A DNA stretch of 64,000 nucleotides from Ruditapes philippinarum (GCF_026571515.1 NW_026862758.1:1-64000), one strand, 5' to 3'; shown: positions 12,941 to 26,982, counted from the stretch's first letter. Notes: a model not told the origin generated them from the letters alone. Made by a program: numbers and translations.

Positions 12941-13605
12941 TTGCTATAATTGGCTTAAACTGCAATAAATGTGCACACCAGTCTTAAGTTGACCTTCACC
13001 TTAATTTGACGTTGATCAAATAACAATTAGCCATAGCTATTTACTTACATATGTGGTTCATACCTTGGACAAAAAACTTTAAAACACGACAAAAGCGACA
13101 TTATTCTGAAATTACATTAACCAATCATTATTAACTGTCAAGGTCAAACTATTGAAATTTGCTTAAATTGTCGTAGCTTAGTTATTTACTTACCGATTTG
13201 ATTTATACATGTACTTGGACAAAAGAACACATGAGAAAACCAATACATGTTGAATATTCAGAAAAATAACGTTAAAAAAAACACATGTACACAAAAACAA
13301 TTTTATTCGGAGAAACTTGATTCTACAGTAGATCTAGTGAACTTTGTAAGTTTGCATATACTTAGCAAAGCAACTTTATATAAGTAACTGTACTTTTACA
13401 GTATGGAGACATGAATTTCAACAACATAAATATCAAAGTAGAACTTATTGGATATACAGCTAAGGAGTATCAAGTGTATTAAAGACATTAACCCATTACT
13501 TCATATAGAAGTCTGTTCACGCCTTTTCACTCCCTTTTTGAGGCCTCATGCCCTATTTAGACCCCAAACACTTTGTTTTGTTTAGAAATGGTGTTAAAAA
13601 ATCAC

Positions 13606-14383
13606 TTTTTCGACGCCATCCCCTATCAAATTGATACATCAAGGGGTGCCAGAGAGGGGATGAGTGGGCGGCGTCCACTTTTTGTCCGGAGTATATTTCC
13701 TATATTTTTCGCGCACAAAATTTAGGTCCCTGCGGCCCAAGTAGAGGTCATACATAGGGGTCAAAGTTCAGATAAAAATATGAAAATGTGTATTGGGACC
13801 ATTTAGTCATCATTTATTGAGGGATTGAAACACAAATGGTCATTATCATGACTACTTGTGTGAAACATGTAATTTAGATTAATATATGCAAGGTCAAGGT
13901 CACTAAAGATGATTGCCAAGGTCACTAAAGATGATAAAATATAGAGATTTTGTCCAGAGCATATCTCCTACACATACGGAGAGATTAAAATGAAACTTCA
14001 TACAAATGTTCACCACTATAAGAAGCAGTGTCCCGTGCATGAACCAAGTCTATAGGTCAAAGATCAAGGTCACACTTAGAGGTCATTGCAAAAGGCTTGT
14101 CCGGAGCAAAACTTCTACATACATAGAGGGATTTCAATATGACTTGGCACAAATGTTCACTATTGTGAGGCGGAGTGTCGCGCGCAAAATTTAGGTCCCT
14201 GCGGCTAAGGTCAAGGTCACACATAGGGTCAAAGTTCAGATTAAAAAAATCACTAGAGATGATAGTATATCCGGATATTTTCAAGATATTGCCGAGAGCA
14301 TATCTCCTACATATCTGTAATGCCCACATCATTCTCAAAGGCTTCTGCGACGGGCGTATATTGCGACAATGTTGCCCTTGTTT
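13606..14383 (+). mobile_element. Degenerate Helentron-derived element
   Basis: Repeated AAGGTCAAGGTCACA-type units, a duplicated AAAATTTAGGTCCCTGCGG segment and a 3' hairpin ending CCCTTGTT. Confidence 0.55.
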
Positions 14384-15002
14384 ACAGTTTCATTGCAATT
14401 TTCAATGAAAACAGCCATTTTTAACAAAATACTAATGATGAAATTGGATAATGCCATTATCACCGTACGGCCGTACTCTTCCGTGTATACCGCCATCACG
14501 GCGTTTAATAACCGCGAGGAACGCGCAATACATGGTCTTTCAAATTACTATTTGAAAGACCCTGCGCAATATAAGAGTACAACATTTTAGTACATTTTTT
14601 TAGAAACAATAAACAATTAATACACGACAGAGTAGGACCGGAAGGTGTGCGATAATTTTCTATATGTATGTTCTATATTTGAAAATATATACATGTGTAT
14701 TGTATAAGTAAAAATATTTAATGTATACTGAAAAATATTTATTCGATAATGGGATAGAATCACACTTAGCCTATAAATTTTGCACGAATTTCAAAATAAA
14801 GCGTTATCATCCTTGATTAAACTAAGACCATAGTGTAGTGGAAATGTCACTTGTAAATAGTGCATAATTATGCTTGATCCTCCTTATAAATATATATGTA
14901 TGTCTAAAAAATGGAAATAGATTTTAAAATATTCAGAACATAAATCGTACAATAATGTTGTTTTTTTCATTCATATGCCTAATAATTTAACCACGATATT
15001 AA

Positions 15003-15460
15003 ACTATGTGAGGATATCACGTAAGATGACTAAGAGATCATCTACATGACATATACTCTAGGTTTTATAAAAGATGTATGAGAGGATAATGTAAGATGAG
15101 CAGAGGATCATTTACATATACATACACATTAGTTGTTATGGAACATACACGTATATGAGGGGTTACCTTAGATGAATAGGAGGTCTTTACGATGCATAAA
15201 CATTCAAGTTCTTATAAAACATATATTCATAACGGATTAGGTAAGATGACCAGGGGATCATCTAGATGTAAATATACTCTTTTTTTATAATGGAAAATGT
15301 ATGAGGGGGTCACGTAAATTGAGCAGGGGATCATCTATATGTAGATAAACATTAACACGATTTTTTGATGTACACATACTATATTTATTTGTAAAATATA
15401 TAATTTAAGGGGATCACGTAAGATGACCAGGGGACTTTGAGATATAAATATACTCTAGTT
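15003..15460. repeat. Degenerate ~65-70-bp tandem repeat
   Basis: Recurring TATGAGxGGAT..GTAAGATGAxxAGxGGATCATCTA. Confidence 0.65.
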
Positions 15461-15471
15461 AATCAACTTTT

Positions 15472-15485
15472 CAATCAATCAGTCG

Positions 15486-15551
<66 letters not shown>

Positions 15552-15570
15552 CAAACAAACAAATAAATCA
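15472..15570. repeat. (ATCA)n microsatellite
   Basis: Seen directly. Confidence 0.95.
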
Positions 15571-17372
15571 AAATACATATTGAACCAGAAATTATTGTTC
15601 ATGTGCATTGAGACACGCGGTGATAATAATCAAACGTACAGCTAAAAATCTATCCATGCACTTCATTGATTCTCAACTGTATCATATATCATATAGGTGG
15701 AAAATTTCTTATACCTATTCAAAGAGACCATGTATTTAAACATAAACTCATCAAGTCAAGCCTCTAAACATGAAATAAAATGAAAGATATTTAGAAACTA
15801 TGTCAATATTTTTTCTTTGCTTAACTGACATTTAAAATGCTGTAAAAAACAAATGAGAAGTTCAACAAAACACTGTCTGTTTCCTTTAAAATTGTTAACA
15901 TTTGTGTGTATCTTTGCATGGTATCGTTGTTAAAACAAGCAATGTCTAAACCAAACAAACATCGGAGAATAAATTATTGGCAACTTGTAACTAGAACAGT
16001 TGCTTTTGTAAGTTATGTTGTTTTTGTCACTCTACTCTAGATAGGTCGAATATTTCACTATCGCTCACTTTCTTGAATATAAAGTGAGCTGTGAAGGGAG
16101 CGTATTGTCAGTAGAAAAAGAAAAGCAATAATATACAGTGCGCATTTGCATGAAACATGTGCAAAAAAAACCCACAAAAAATGATGATATTATGTTTTAT
16201 TGTGTTCGACGAAGTATCAGTTGTATGGAGTCCATAGAGTAAAAAATATGTGTAATAACTAAAGAGATTTATTTTCAATTTGTGAAGCATAATGTTTTAT
16301 TTGCAGTCTATTATAACATGGTAATAATACATGTAGTAAGACACACATTTTTTTTAAAAGAAAGTCCGAAATTGTGATAAAAATTTTAAATCATTTATAA
16401 ACCACACATTTATAAGATTAAAATTGTACTTTCCTTTTCCTGTATCTGCAATATTGAACTCTAAATTCAGCAGAGGTACAAGGGCCATAAAAACTTTAAC
16501 AATATGCTGAATTTAATTATTTGAAATTCACTATTTAACAAATATTTTCCTTTATATGCCCGGTGACATTTTTCGCCAAAAAGAAAAAATTACGATAAAA
16601 CTGTTTCTGAAAAAGTAGCAAGTTGAGAAGGTATTTTGGAAAACATAATGTTATTATACCGTTTAAATCGGTTAAAATAGTTTATGTGATATTTAAATCT
16701 ATTAAAATTTGCGTAATTTAACTTAATATAGACGTTGAACAATATAAGGGTATACTGTCAGAATTTTAAAAGACTGTGCCTTTTTCTGAAAGTTTCTTAT
16801 TCTTTTTGGGAAAGCCCGTTTCAGTAAAATGGCCAAAGTTATTTTAACACGAAATACTTTATTTTTTCTCACTTTTAGACAAAAAAAACCCTCAGGGGCC
16901 CAAAAAGGATTTTAAAAATAAATTGTAATAAATGGGCCCAAAGATAACAGATAAAGCAATTTATTTCGTCACATAAATATCGCAAACACATACAAAGTTA
17001 TTCCTTTAGGATTATACATAGTTTTTTTATGACATATGCAAAGTGAAAACTGTTAGTATATAGTGTAATCCAATGCTTACGAATATCCTGTATGCTGTAA
17101 TCAAGGATGCAACAAACAGTTAAGTGAAGTTTTATATAGCATAATAGGTATATATTATTCTTCTTAAACAATTTCAAAACAGGCAATATTATGTTAAATA
17201 CAACAAATATTTATTCACATAATAATTTAAAGTTAGAATTAATGCATTCATTTTTGAATTTAAAAAAAAACTGGCTTAGACTTTAACGAAAATCAATTTG
17301 TAATAATGCTTTTTGAAAATTACAATATTGATAAATCTTCATTTGAGCATCATATTTATGTTATAAAACGAT

Positions 17373-18428
17373 AAAAAATTTCTTAAACTTAAATACACGT
17401 CTGTTTTGTTATGTCCCGTAAGGTCAATCTGCAGACAAGTATCGTCATTTTCTTTCTGTCCTTTTCAATGCTATCTTCTGTGTTTACTGCAATTTGTTGT
17501 TTTCTGTCTTCCCATGTAATGTTTTGTACTTTCCGTTCAGCATATGTTGCCTGTGCTATTTTTTGCTATTGGACTATTGTTGTATGTTCCCTTATGTTTA
17601 TGTTGTCGTATGATACGTATCTATCGTCTTGTTGACGGTTCAATTCAGCGTATTTTACGTTACGTAATTGTTGTTGTAAGTTACGTATTTGTTACGTAAA
17701 TGTTGTATGTATTTCTCGTTTCCTGTTTCGTTGTCCGTATCTTCCGTTTTGTGTTCCTTTCAGCGTCTTTGTGCTTGCCAGTCAGATACAGTTGTGCCTT
17801 TTTGTCTGTCTTTTGCCGTTTGAAGGTCTACCGTTACTATTGTATGGTCTTCGGTATGTTCTTATAACTCGTTTTTCTGTTATTATTCCTTGTCCAATAA
17901 CGTTATCTACCGTCAAGTGTATCGATCCTCGTGTCTGTCCTCCTGTTAGCAGTGCTCGTCTCCGTCCTTTGTTATCGGTAGACGCCTCCGTTTTTCTGTT
18001 ATCAGTCCTAGCTTCCGTTCATTTGTTCTCAGGTCGTGTTTCCGTTGGTCTTGTAATCAATTCTCGTCTCCGTCCTTCTGTTATCAGTCCTCGTCTCCAT
18101 CCTCCTGCTATCAATCTTCGTATCCGTTCTTCTGTTATCAGTTCTCGTCTCCGCCCGCCTGTTATCAGTCTTCGTCTCCGTCCTACTGAAATCAGTTTGT
18201 GTTTCCGTTCTTCTGTTATCAGTCCTCGTCTACGTTCTTCTGTTATTGGTCCTCGTCTCCGTTCTTCTGCTATAAGTCCTCGTCGATAATCCGTCTTCGT
18301 TCCATCTTCTGGTTTTGTTTGTCTTGTAGTCATTTTAGTCATTCGTTCAGTGGAGTAGCGGGGGATCGAACTCACGACCCCTTGATTGGTAGGCAGATAA
18401 TGTTACCACTGCACCATAGCGCCCGCTC
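17373..18428 (-). ncRNA. Candidate Pol III transcription unit / long SINE-like element with tRNA-derived head and 27-bp tandem array
   Basis: A box TGGTGCAGTGG, B box GTTCGATCC and TATATA ~30 bp upstream. The purine-rich body has no T4 run until 17373-17378. Confidence 0.5.
17925..18300. repeat. 27-bp minisatellite (CTGTTATCAGTCCTCGTCTCCGTTCTT-like)
   Basis: About a dozen degenerate copies; these account for the repetitive ORFs on both strands. Confidence 0.85.
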
Positions 18429-20288
18429 TGAATAATAACTGTTTTTGAAAGTCCTATATACATTATCACTTCAATGGCTATCAAATAATGTATTGCAATT
18501 AAATTTTAACACCTCTGCTGGTAGCCAAATCACGTGACTTTTCATATATCGTCAATTTACTCGATTTAAGTAATATTGTTGTAGATAACTTGCTGTTACT
18601 TTAAGATACCCTGGAAATTTAGCGGAGGGTACCTGGAATCCTTAGGTATATCAGATTGTGTGATAATCTTCTTGTGGAATTTTCCTAAAACGGAGACTGA
18701 ATTCCGAAATTTTTAAGAACAGCTATGGTATCGCAAGAACCCGTACCAATCTCTCGATTTTAGACATTTAAAGCAAATAAACGGGCTCTTACGTGTAATG
18801 AAACGTTTCAAGTTCCATGAGAAACTTGTCGTTGAATAAAAGAGAATGATATGATCGGCAACATCAAAGCGATGAAAGAAGTGACTGCTACGGCTTAACT
18901 TAGGCTATTTATACTCAGATAAAAAATAAACGAATGCGACATTTAATTGTGTCATATTTAATTAGTGTCTTGTACACAAAATTGCATTTTAACCGCAAAT
19001 TCTATTTGACATGAATATTTACACTGTACAACTTTATAATCTAAAACTTTCCAAAATACTTAACTCGTTGACATACTGCTAGCTTTTAAAGGATGGTACA
19101 TGCCACTAAACTTTGAGAAAAATTTATCTTATTACAAAATATGTTAAAAACATCGAAAACTTCGTCTGTGACGTACAAATCTTATTTGATGTACTGTTCC
19201 TGACAGAAAAACTTGACTTTTTTAGGTGGTTAGGTCTTATTAAAGAGGCAAGCATCTTAAAGGTGTGATGATTACTATGGAGGGGAATATCCGCCAAAAT
19301 TATATGTATTTTGTTAACATGCTCACATCTGAATGATATCGATACAACCCATGTGTGTTGATTGCATTCTTAATAATACATGTTCAGTTTGTCCAATATG
19401 GATAAATACAAGAATGCTAAATTTCAAAGGTATGCATGCCATTGTAAGGAATAGTAAAGAAGATTGGTAATGCATAAATTGTATCATTCCTTATGGCATG
19501 TTAAACGTTGCAAAATTCAATTAATATATTTTTGGTCTATATCCAACTCTAATTTTATATTGTATACCATAAAATATTTATTCAATCCTACTGAATACTT
19601 GTCCAACATAAAAATATTTGTATGCGATAATTTTCTATATATATGTTCTATATTTGAAAATATATATTGTATAATTATATATATTTATTGTAGTCATACT
19701 GAAAAATATTTATTCGATAATTTGAATCATGGGATAGAACACTTAACATATTAAGCCCAGCCTATAAACTAAGCGCGAATTTCTGATAAAGCATCGGCAG
19801 AAGATTTGAAGACTGGGGACGGCGAAAAAGATCGGAACTTGTGCTGCGGACCAGCTGCCGATGTCCTGACTAAGCCGAGGGGAGTGGCCCTACAAAGTAG
19901 GCTTCGGGTCGACGAGGATGGTGTGCTAGTGTGCGCGAGCCCCTAGCACGGTTAGACGGCTTGAACGACAGGCCTTTTGCTGGCACCAACAACCCTTTTC
20001 AGGACTACTCTTTCATATTGTCTCAGGTTACAGTACATTTAGGTTTTCATTAAATAAATATTATAGTATACAACATAAAATTAGAGTTTTACAATTTAAA
20101 TATTGGATATAGACCAAAAAATAGACTTTTTGAATTTTGCAACTTTTAAAATGCCTTAGATCTCAGCAAGTATACACTTCTATTAATTGTGACTGTACAT
20201 GTAGGTCATTTTTTATGATTACATGTACATAAAGTCATTGTTTAACTTTATCGAACCATACATTGTGCGTTATCCAAAATTACATGTA

Positions 20289-20959
20289 CAGTAAAAACTC
20301 TCAATTAAGACCACCATTGGGACTGAAAGAAAGTAATCTTAATTGTAGGATGGTCTTAATTGTGAATATTCTTATCATAGCTTGCATGGTCTATTTTAGT
20401 CATTTTGTATGAACAAACAATATGTATCTTAACCTGCAAATACAATATAAAAGTGTGTTATAATATTTAATCTGATAAGAGGAAAACATATTTCTGAAGA
20501 AATTTGACATTAAATTCTTTTTGGTCTGATTTTAAATCTATTATATGATTTTACTATATAATAATGTACACTATTCAGCTATAAAATAAGAAATTAAATC
20601 TTCACAAAATAAATATGCTGAAAGCAATATTAAACCACTCTTCATTACAAAAAAAAACCCCAATAATTAACAGTTTTTGGCATCTTGGGATATCAAGTGT
20701 CATACCTAAGAGCATTCAAGCAGATGATAACAACAAATTTAAGAATTAGGTAGGTGTTGACTTTATTATCAGTGATCTCAATAGTAGGGTCAAATAAAGA
20801 ATAAAACAAAGAATTGGGACTGAATCTGGTACTATTAAAAGTGGATAAGCGGGGTGGGCTTAATTCTGAATTATGTAACCAATGGCATAAAGAACAGAAA
20901 ATTCCGTTCTCTTAAAAAATGGTCTCTACAGCGGGATGGTCTTGAGTAGGATTTTACTG
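20289..20959. mobile_element. Tc1/mariner-pogo-like MITE
   Basis: TA|CAGTAAAA..TTTTACTG|TA termini with internal AAGACCA/TGGTCTT repeats. Confidence 0.65.
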
Positions 20960-23067
20960 TACAAAGTAACCAGTGAATTTAACATGCGCTTAACATAATC
21001 ATGTATGACACATTCACCCGAAATCAAGTCAATGTGTGTGTGTGTGTTCAGTTTGGCGTGACTTGAAATAGCTCGGTTTATTTACCCTCATCAATAGGTG
21101 TAAACACGCATTTGACAAATTTGTAAACTTGATAAAATATATTTGATTTGATCTGCGTTATATATGCAATATTTATGCTCTTGGCGAGCTACGCAATATT
21201 TTTTATAGTGCACGGATATGAGTTACGATTAATGTTTATGGAACAAAGGTAAGTGTGTACACTATGTATAAATATTCTTCAAAAAAGTCATTTAGTTATC
21301 AAAAGGTAGAAGTTTATTGTGACGTGTATATGCTACACTTACACGAAATAGCCAAACTATTTTGACGTGCCATATAGCTAGATTCTGGGATATATTTGTT
21401 CTGGGGTGGAATATCTCTTCTACTGCCCACAATATCTCAACGCACAGTACAATTAGTTAGATCATAGGAGATTGACAAACGGACACACAGTGATTACAAT
21501 TAACGTCCTAGTTATTTACCCAGGTTCATTGAAGATTAAATTGAAAATTCAAATATGAAGAACATAGGCATTTCAGAGTTCAGCAGTTTTATTGCAAAAT
21601 AGATTTAAGATAATATGTTTCTATGTCAAAATATTCAATTGATTTCTTAAAATGTCACGAAATAAAATATAAGTTACATAAAGAACTTCATAGGGAAAAT
21701 AGAGATAAATGACCAAGTCAGGCGATAATAGGTATACGCTACCTTTTGCATATGTAGACAAGGCAATGAAATGACCGAAAATACTGGCTTATATAGCCAC
21801 TTCTCTCTGCAATCACACAATTCATGAAAAAGGCATGACTTGAAAATAAGTAACAAAAAGAGGAATGTTACAAAATATTAAGTTAACAATATCGAGAATC
21901 AATATTCTGCTTTAAAATGTATTGAAGTGTATTAAGTTAAATTTAATGAACAACCCTCTATTGGATAAAAACCTTACATAAGATATGAATAGCATGAATA
22001 TCATGAAATAATGCATTAAGTTATATATGCTTACTGTTACTATAGTTTGAAAAGATACTAAATGTATAAATAAGGCTAAGGAAAAATATTCATTGTTTAG
22101 ATATTATTCTGAAAATAAGATTATATCAGTAAAATGTAATGATAGGCTGTCCTGCTACAAATAATTGAAAAATGTAAGCAAATAATTGAAAAATAACGGG
22201 AAATATACCCCTCTATACTATAAACAAACAATAAATAAATTTACATATATTTAGCAGTTGATTGGATTGACGAAACGGGCCAAGTGCCGCCTTTTAACGA
22301 TTGTAAATCTGTACATGTGCGACGTTGACAGCGGCACCGACACTGCAAGTGAAACCAAACTAGAAAATGATTCTGTATTGGTGTAATATGTCAAAATCAG
22401 TATAATGATTTAATGGTTATTGAAGACAAAATGTAAATAAAAGAAACAAAGACAATAGGAAAATACTGATAATTAAAAAGAAACTTATGCATCAATACAC
22501 ATGTCGGTCCAAGTACGACTCGAATACAAGTAGCCAAAAATACTGATATTGCTAAAGAATGTCACCCCACGTTGCTTTGAATCTGTGTCCTTAACCAACC
22601 TACAATGAAAGATTCAAGTTCAAGTTTATGTTAGTTAAGTGAACTTGCTAGCTGCCATAGGTGAATATCTAACGTTTGTAATGCAAACAGTATGATCGCT
22701 TGATCCAATTGATATGTTTCTTTCGGTATTCATCCAAAATGTAAATTAATCACGTAAAAGAACTTGTAATTTGATTGCCTGGCCGGTCATTTTCAAACTG
22801 ACATCGATTTATTGCAGATGGTGACACCGCTTTTATCGTACCCTGGTCATCAGATTGCTTAAAAGAAAACAGTTGAGGCAACCTTGCTAAGTAAAGAAAA
22901 TAGCCCTGTTATTACATACCAGTAAGTTGTATTTTTACATTTTGACAGATAATAAATATGTGACTGATCTCCTGATTTTGTATAAGAACTTGTATTTATT
23001 AGATACCCGTGCCACATTTGCGACTCTGTAAAAAATGGTATTGCACGGCCGTATATATTATTAGTTA

Positions 23068-23168
23068 TAAAGATCGTTGACAGGTTATATGGCGCTATAT
23101 AAACGGCTATTTGTAAATATAACCCGAGCCGTTTATATACGGCCGTATAACCTGTCAACAATCTTTAT
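23068..23168. repeat. Imperfect palindrome
   Basis: ATAAAGATCGTTGACAGGTTATA..TATAACCTGTCAACAATCTTTAT; a second palindrome lies at ~23351-23444. Confidence 0.75.
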
Positions 23169-23498
23169 AACGAATTTATAATACAGCAAGCATCATTTTT
23201 AGAGAAAAAAAAATAAGATTTCTTCATGAATCGACAGCAGCCGTGTATATAAAACTATATAAACGTCACGATTATCCAATGAAAAATGACGTTACAAACG
23301 TGCAGTATTATAAAATTATTTTGACGCGCTAAATATTAAATTCGTGTAAGTTCATTACTCAATTTATTGAACTCGTTAAATAAAATATTCAAATAGGCTC
23401 ACCAGAGGCTCGTATGATATAATTTTAGTCTCGTTCAATAAATTCTGTATTAAAGTCCAACATGTATGCTACAATTATTGTAAAGGTATGAAAACATA

Positions 23499-23735
23499 TG
23501 AGCCGTGTCACGACAAAACCAACATAATGGGTTTGCGACCAGCATGGATCCAGACCAGCCTGCGCATCCGCGCAGTCTGATCAGGATCCATGCTGTTCGC
23601 TTACCAACTCTATTACAAGTAGAGAAACTGACAGCGAACAGCATGGATCCTGATCAGACTGCCCGAATGCGCAGGCTGGTCTGGATCCATGCTGGTCGCA
23701 AACGCACTATGTTGGTTTTGTCGTGACGCGGCTCA
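23499..23735. mobile_element. Palindromic MITE, copy 2
   Basis: Same sequence family, flanked by ATA/TAT. Confidence 0.9.
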
Positions 23736-23913
23736 TATATGATACACTGATCAATTAACGGTTTTATAATACATGTATAATGGAAACCACGTGCTGCTGA
23801 TTGAAATGTTAAGTTAACGCGCGTGTGTGTATTCTAATGACAGTGTATTGATTTTGGATGACGGGTAAAAATAGAAAACTGTTCTTGTTAGATCAATGAA
23901 TTTATAATGTTTC

Positions 23914-26900
23914 ATGTGTTACATTTTTTTAAATGGATATTGTAGAAAATCAGCAATGCAAAGTCAAAGAAGAAAGGTGTTTACTTTGTACTGTATCTGC
24001 GTATTGGCAATCATGATACTCGTTGTCCTGGAGACCGTTTGGAGAGAATTTGGTGAGTCAATTTTCTAATTTATCTTTGTTTGAGTTTTACGATTGCAGG
24101 TCATTTCAGTTTTTCTGATCGAAGAAGACCTCATGACCCCGTGCATTATTTCAGAGCACGACGAACTGCTTGACAGTTTCTTTACATGAGGAAATCCAAA
24201 GTCCGTGGCTGGATTCGGACCCACAGTAATAGGGCACAAATGGTTTAAAGTCAACGATCTTAACCGCTTGACCAGAGACGCCCCTCAATTTTTTATTAAA
24301 ATAATAGATTTTGGATAAATTACCACAATTCCTACTCTATGTACATTAAATAGATCGAGTATCAGGTCATTGACTTTTCATACAAAAGGAACATGCTTCC
24401 GATTTGTATGTTGGAATTATGGACGTTGTTAAACACCCTATTTTTATGAACGCTTCAAAGTAATTGTGTATATTTTATGTTTGGAAGACAACCGAAAATT
24501 CCGGAAACGTAAAAGGGGAAGCTAATGACCAAGATATACCAGGATTTGTTTCCCTTCATAAACTTTAATTGTATTCTGACAGGCCCATGATTCCAGCTGA
24601 CCAGATGACTTCTTTGAAAAATATTGTATTTCTTTCTTTGTTCTCAATATTTCTTTAGCATACAAAAGTTGCAGCAACGAACAAGTATATCTAATACCAG
24701 TTAACAATTATTGAAATATATTACTGCATCATCAACACTACATTTTACTTTTTATGAAAGAAGACTTCGGTGGATTAGTGTCTGTGATTAAGGTAGCATA
24801 ATCGTCACTTGCTAATTACCATTGTAGTTTCGTTTCATAGATTAGGAACTAGTTAATCGTACCGTGTGAGGAAACTTATATATAGTGTTTAGTGGGTAAA
24901 TTTACCTAAATACACGGTGCCTATATCACGTGACAATTTATGGTTTGAGTGGTGCAGTAAAATAATACAATTGACGGATTATTTCTATATAATGGAATTG
25001 GTTTAAACATATTTATTTAAGCTCGATTAAGAAACAAGTTCTTGGAACATTAAGCACTTTTGAATCCGCTTAATTCCTGGAACCAGCCAGTACTGGTGTC
25101 ATAAAGAAGAATCATTGTCGTGACCCGAGTAGGGCTCGAAACCATGAACTCTGGGTTGAGAGGCAGACACTTTAACCACTAGGCCACCGCTCCCCTTAAA
25201 TAATGGAATCAAGTGTAGAGTCGGCTCCATAAAGTCAGTAATACACTTCAGGATAGTATATAACTCGCCAGAGACACGCTTTTTTGGCCCGAAGAGTATT
25301 GATCTAAAGACTGCTAACATTTTTTAGAACAAACTTGTGAGCATTGGTCAGAATTCAAGAATTTCTTATGAAACTGCCCGCCGGTAATTACATGATTACT
25401 TTGCCATTGATTGCCCTGTGTTTTGATCGGTTTTGTTTTTCTTTTCTCGCGTATGCGCAATTTGTGTAATGCTGGCCCCACCCTTATGTCTTAGATGAAT
25501 AATGAAAAGCTCACTGAATACTGTTGCAAACTGATTCTTCAACCGAACTTTGCGTCAACTAAATGAATAAATGAATACGTCTTCATTATGGTAAAAGATA
25601 TAAATATTAAATTCATTTTTCTTTTTTACTTTTAAGGACACGTTGAGGAGAAAGATTCTGATATTCAGTCGATAATAGGGGAAAGGTCTGATTATTTTGA
25701 GGCTAATCAATCCAGCAACGCGTTATGGACTCCTAGTTCAAGCCTTAAATATAGAGCTCTAGTCTACACGGCAAACTCCACATTTCTGTTACCAAATCTT
25801 ACAGTTTTGAACAACAGAAATAATAGCGAAAAGAATAAACCGTTATATTTAAAGGATATATTTCCTCACTTGAAATATCCGCCATTTCAACCAGCCGCGG
25901 TTTCGGATTTTCCAACGACGGTTGGACAACAGCCGAGAATTCCGCATGTAATCCATCAGACGTTTAGATCGGAAAGTCTGCCACTTAAATACGCCAGATA
26001 TGCGAAGATGATGTATGAGATGAATCCAACATGGACGTACTACTTTTGGACTGATGATTCAGCGCGCAAACTGATTAAAGACAAGTACCCTGAGCTGCTA
26101 AATGACTGGGACTCTTTTAACAAAAGTATTAGCAAAGGTGATTTCCTCCGCTATGTTGTCTTATATGAATTCGGAGGCGCCTACATTGACTTAGATGTGG
26201 AACCTTTAAGACCGTTAGACAACGTGACAAGGAAGTACGCATGCGTCATTCCGACCGAACCATTTGAGCATAACGTGCTTATTTATGACAATCAAATCTT
26301 CATGAACAATGCCATAATGTTTTGTAGACCGAAACATCCGTTTTTTAAACAAATGGTTTATCAAATTAAAGATACACTTAAATATGATGATACGACCGAC
26401 GGAACTGGTCCGGGCTTTGTTACAAGGAATTTTATTAGGTATAACAACATTGAGGAAAATGACGAAAATAGAACGAAAACTGAATTCACGAGTAATTCGC
26501 CATATTTCTATAGGGGTGTACTACCGGAGATCCATGACGATGCTATTTATGTGCCTAATACTCATTATTTCACAGATCAGATAGATGTACGTAACCGTAA
26601 AAGGTCATTCAAAAGAACTTGCAGTAATTTTGCGGAACAGCCATTTATAACCAAAAGAGTTTGCATAGAAATGAGAAGGAGGGGTATGGTTAGGAAGGAT
26701 AAACGGTTTTCATTTTTACGACATCGATGGCACCATTTCTGGATGAACTCGGATAATTATAAAAAGCAGTTTCATATAAATATAAAGCAGATTGCCCCGA
26801 AACGTATTATATATGGTGAAACTGACAGCATTCTAAAAAGAATTGACATTAAAGACACTCCAATGGACAAACCTAAAGTACTTGTAAGTGACTCGTATAA

Positions 26901-26982
26901 AAATGTACCGCTTTATTATTCCGATACGAATGCGAGACCATACCGTGTTTCAAATCCTAGATCTACTTTGTTGAAGAAATGA
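23914..26982 (+). CDS. Glycosyltransferase family 32 (DXD, OCH1/SUR1-like), type II membrane protein; coding exons 23914(or 23956)-24052 and 25637-26982
   Basis: Motifs RIPHVIHQT, NPTWTYYFWTD, DFLRYVVLYEFGGAYIDLDV (DXD) and GTGPG. The upstream exon encodes a signal anchor (RRKVFTLYCICVLAIMILVVLETVW) and ends G|gtgagt. The acceptor tttaag|GA at 25637 is phase-compatible and reads open into ORF 25807. Confidence 0.88.
24070..24285 (-). mobile_element. tRNA-derived SINE, second family
   Basis: GGGGCGTCTCTGGTCAAGCGGTTAAG (A box), GGTCCGAATCC (B box) and a CCTCATGT/CTGAAATAATGCACGG core shared with ~37680-37860 (-). Confidence 0.65.
25008..25195 (-). mobile_element. tRNA-derived SINE
   Basis: A box TGGCCTAGTGG, B-box-like GTTTCGAGCC and body TATGACACCAGTACTGG; a degenerate plus-strand copy lies at ~36465-36635. 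Confidence 0.75.

Noticed and set aside
18019-18375. Arg-rich protamine-like ORF (and antisense ORF 17771-18289)
   Set aside because: Product of a stop-free 27-bp minisatellite, with a non-ATG start.
18350-18428. Possible tRNA gene
   Set aside because: A and B boxes are present, but the acceptor and anticodon stems do not pair; it is a tRNA-derived head.
19980-20013. RNase P RNA-like 3' motif (AACCC..CAGGACTACTC)
   Set aside because: No matching CR-I motif upstream; the similarity is too short to call.
23450-23726. Recurrent MDPDQ..RMRRLVWIH ORFs (also 30633, 43565, 43713)
   Set aside because: Translations of the palindromic MITE, not genes.
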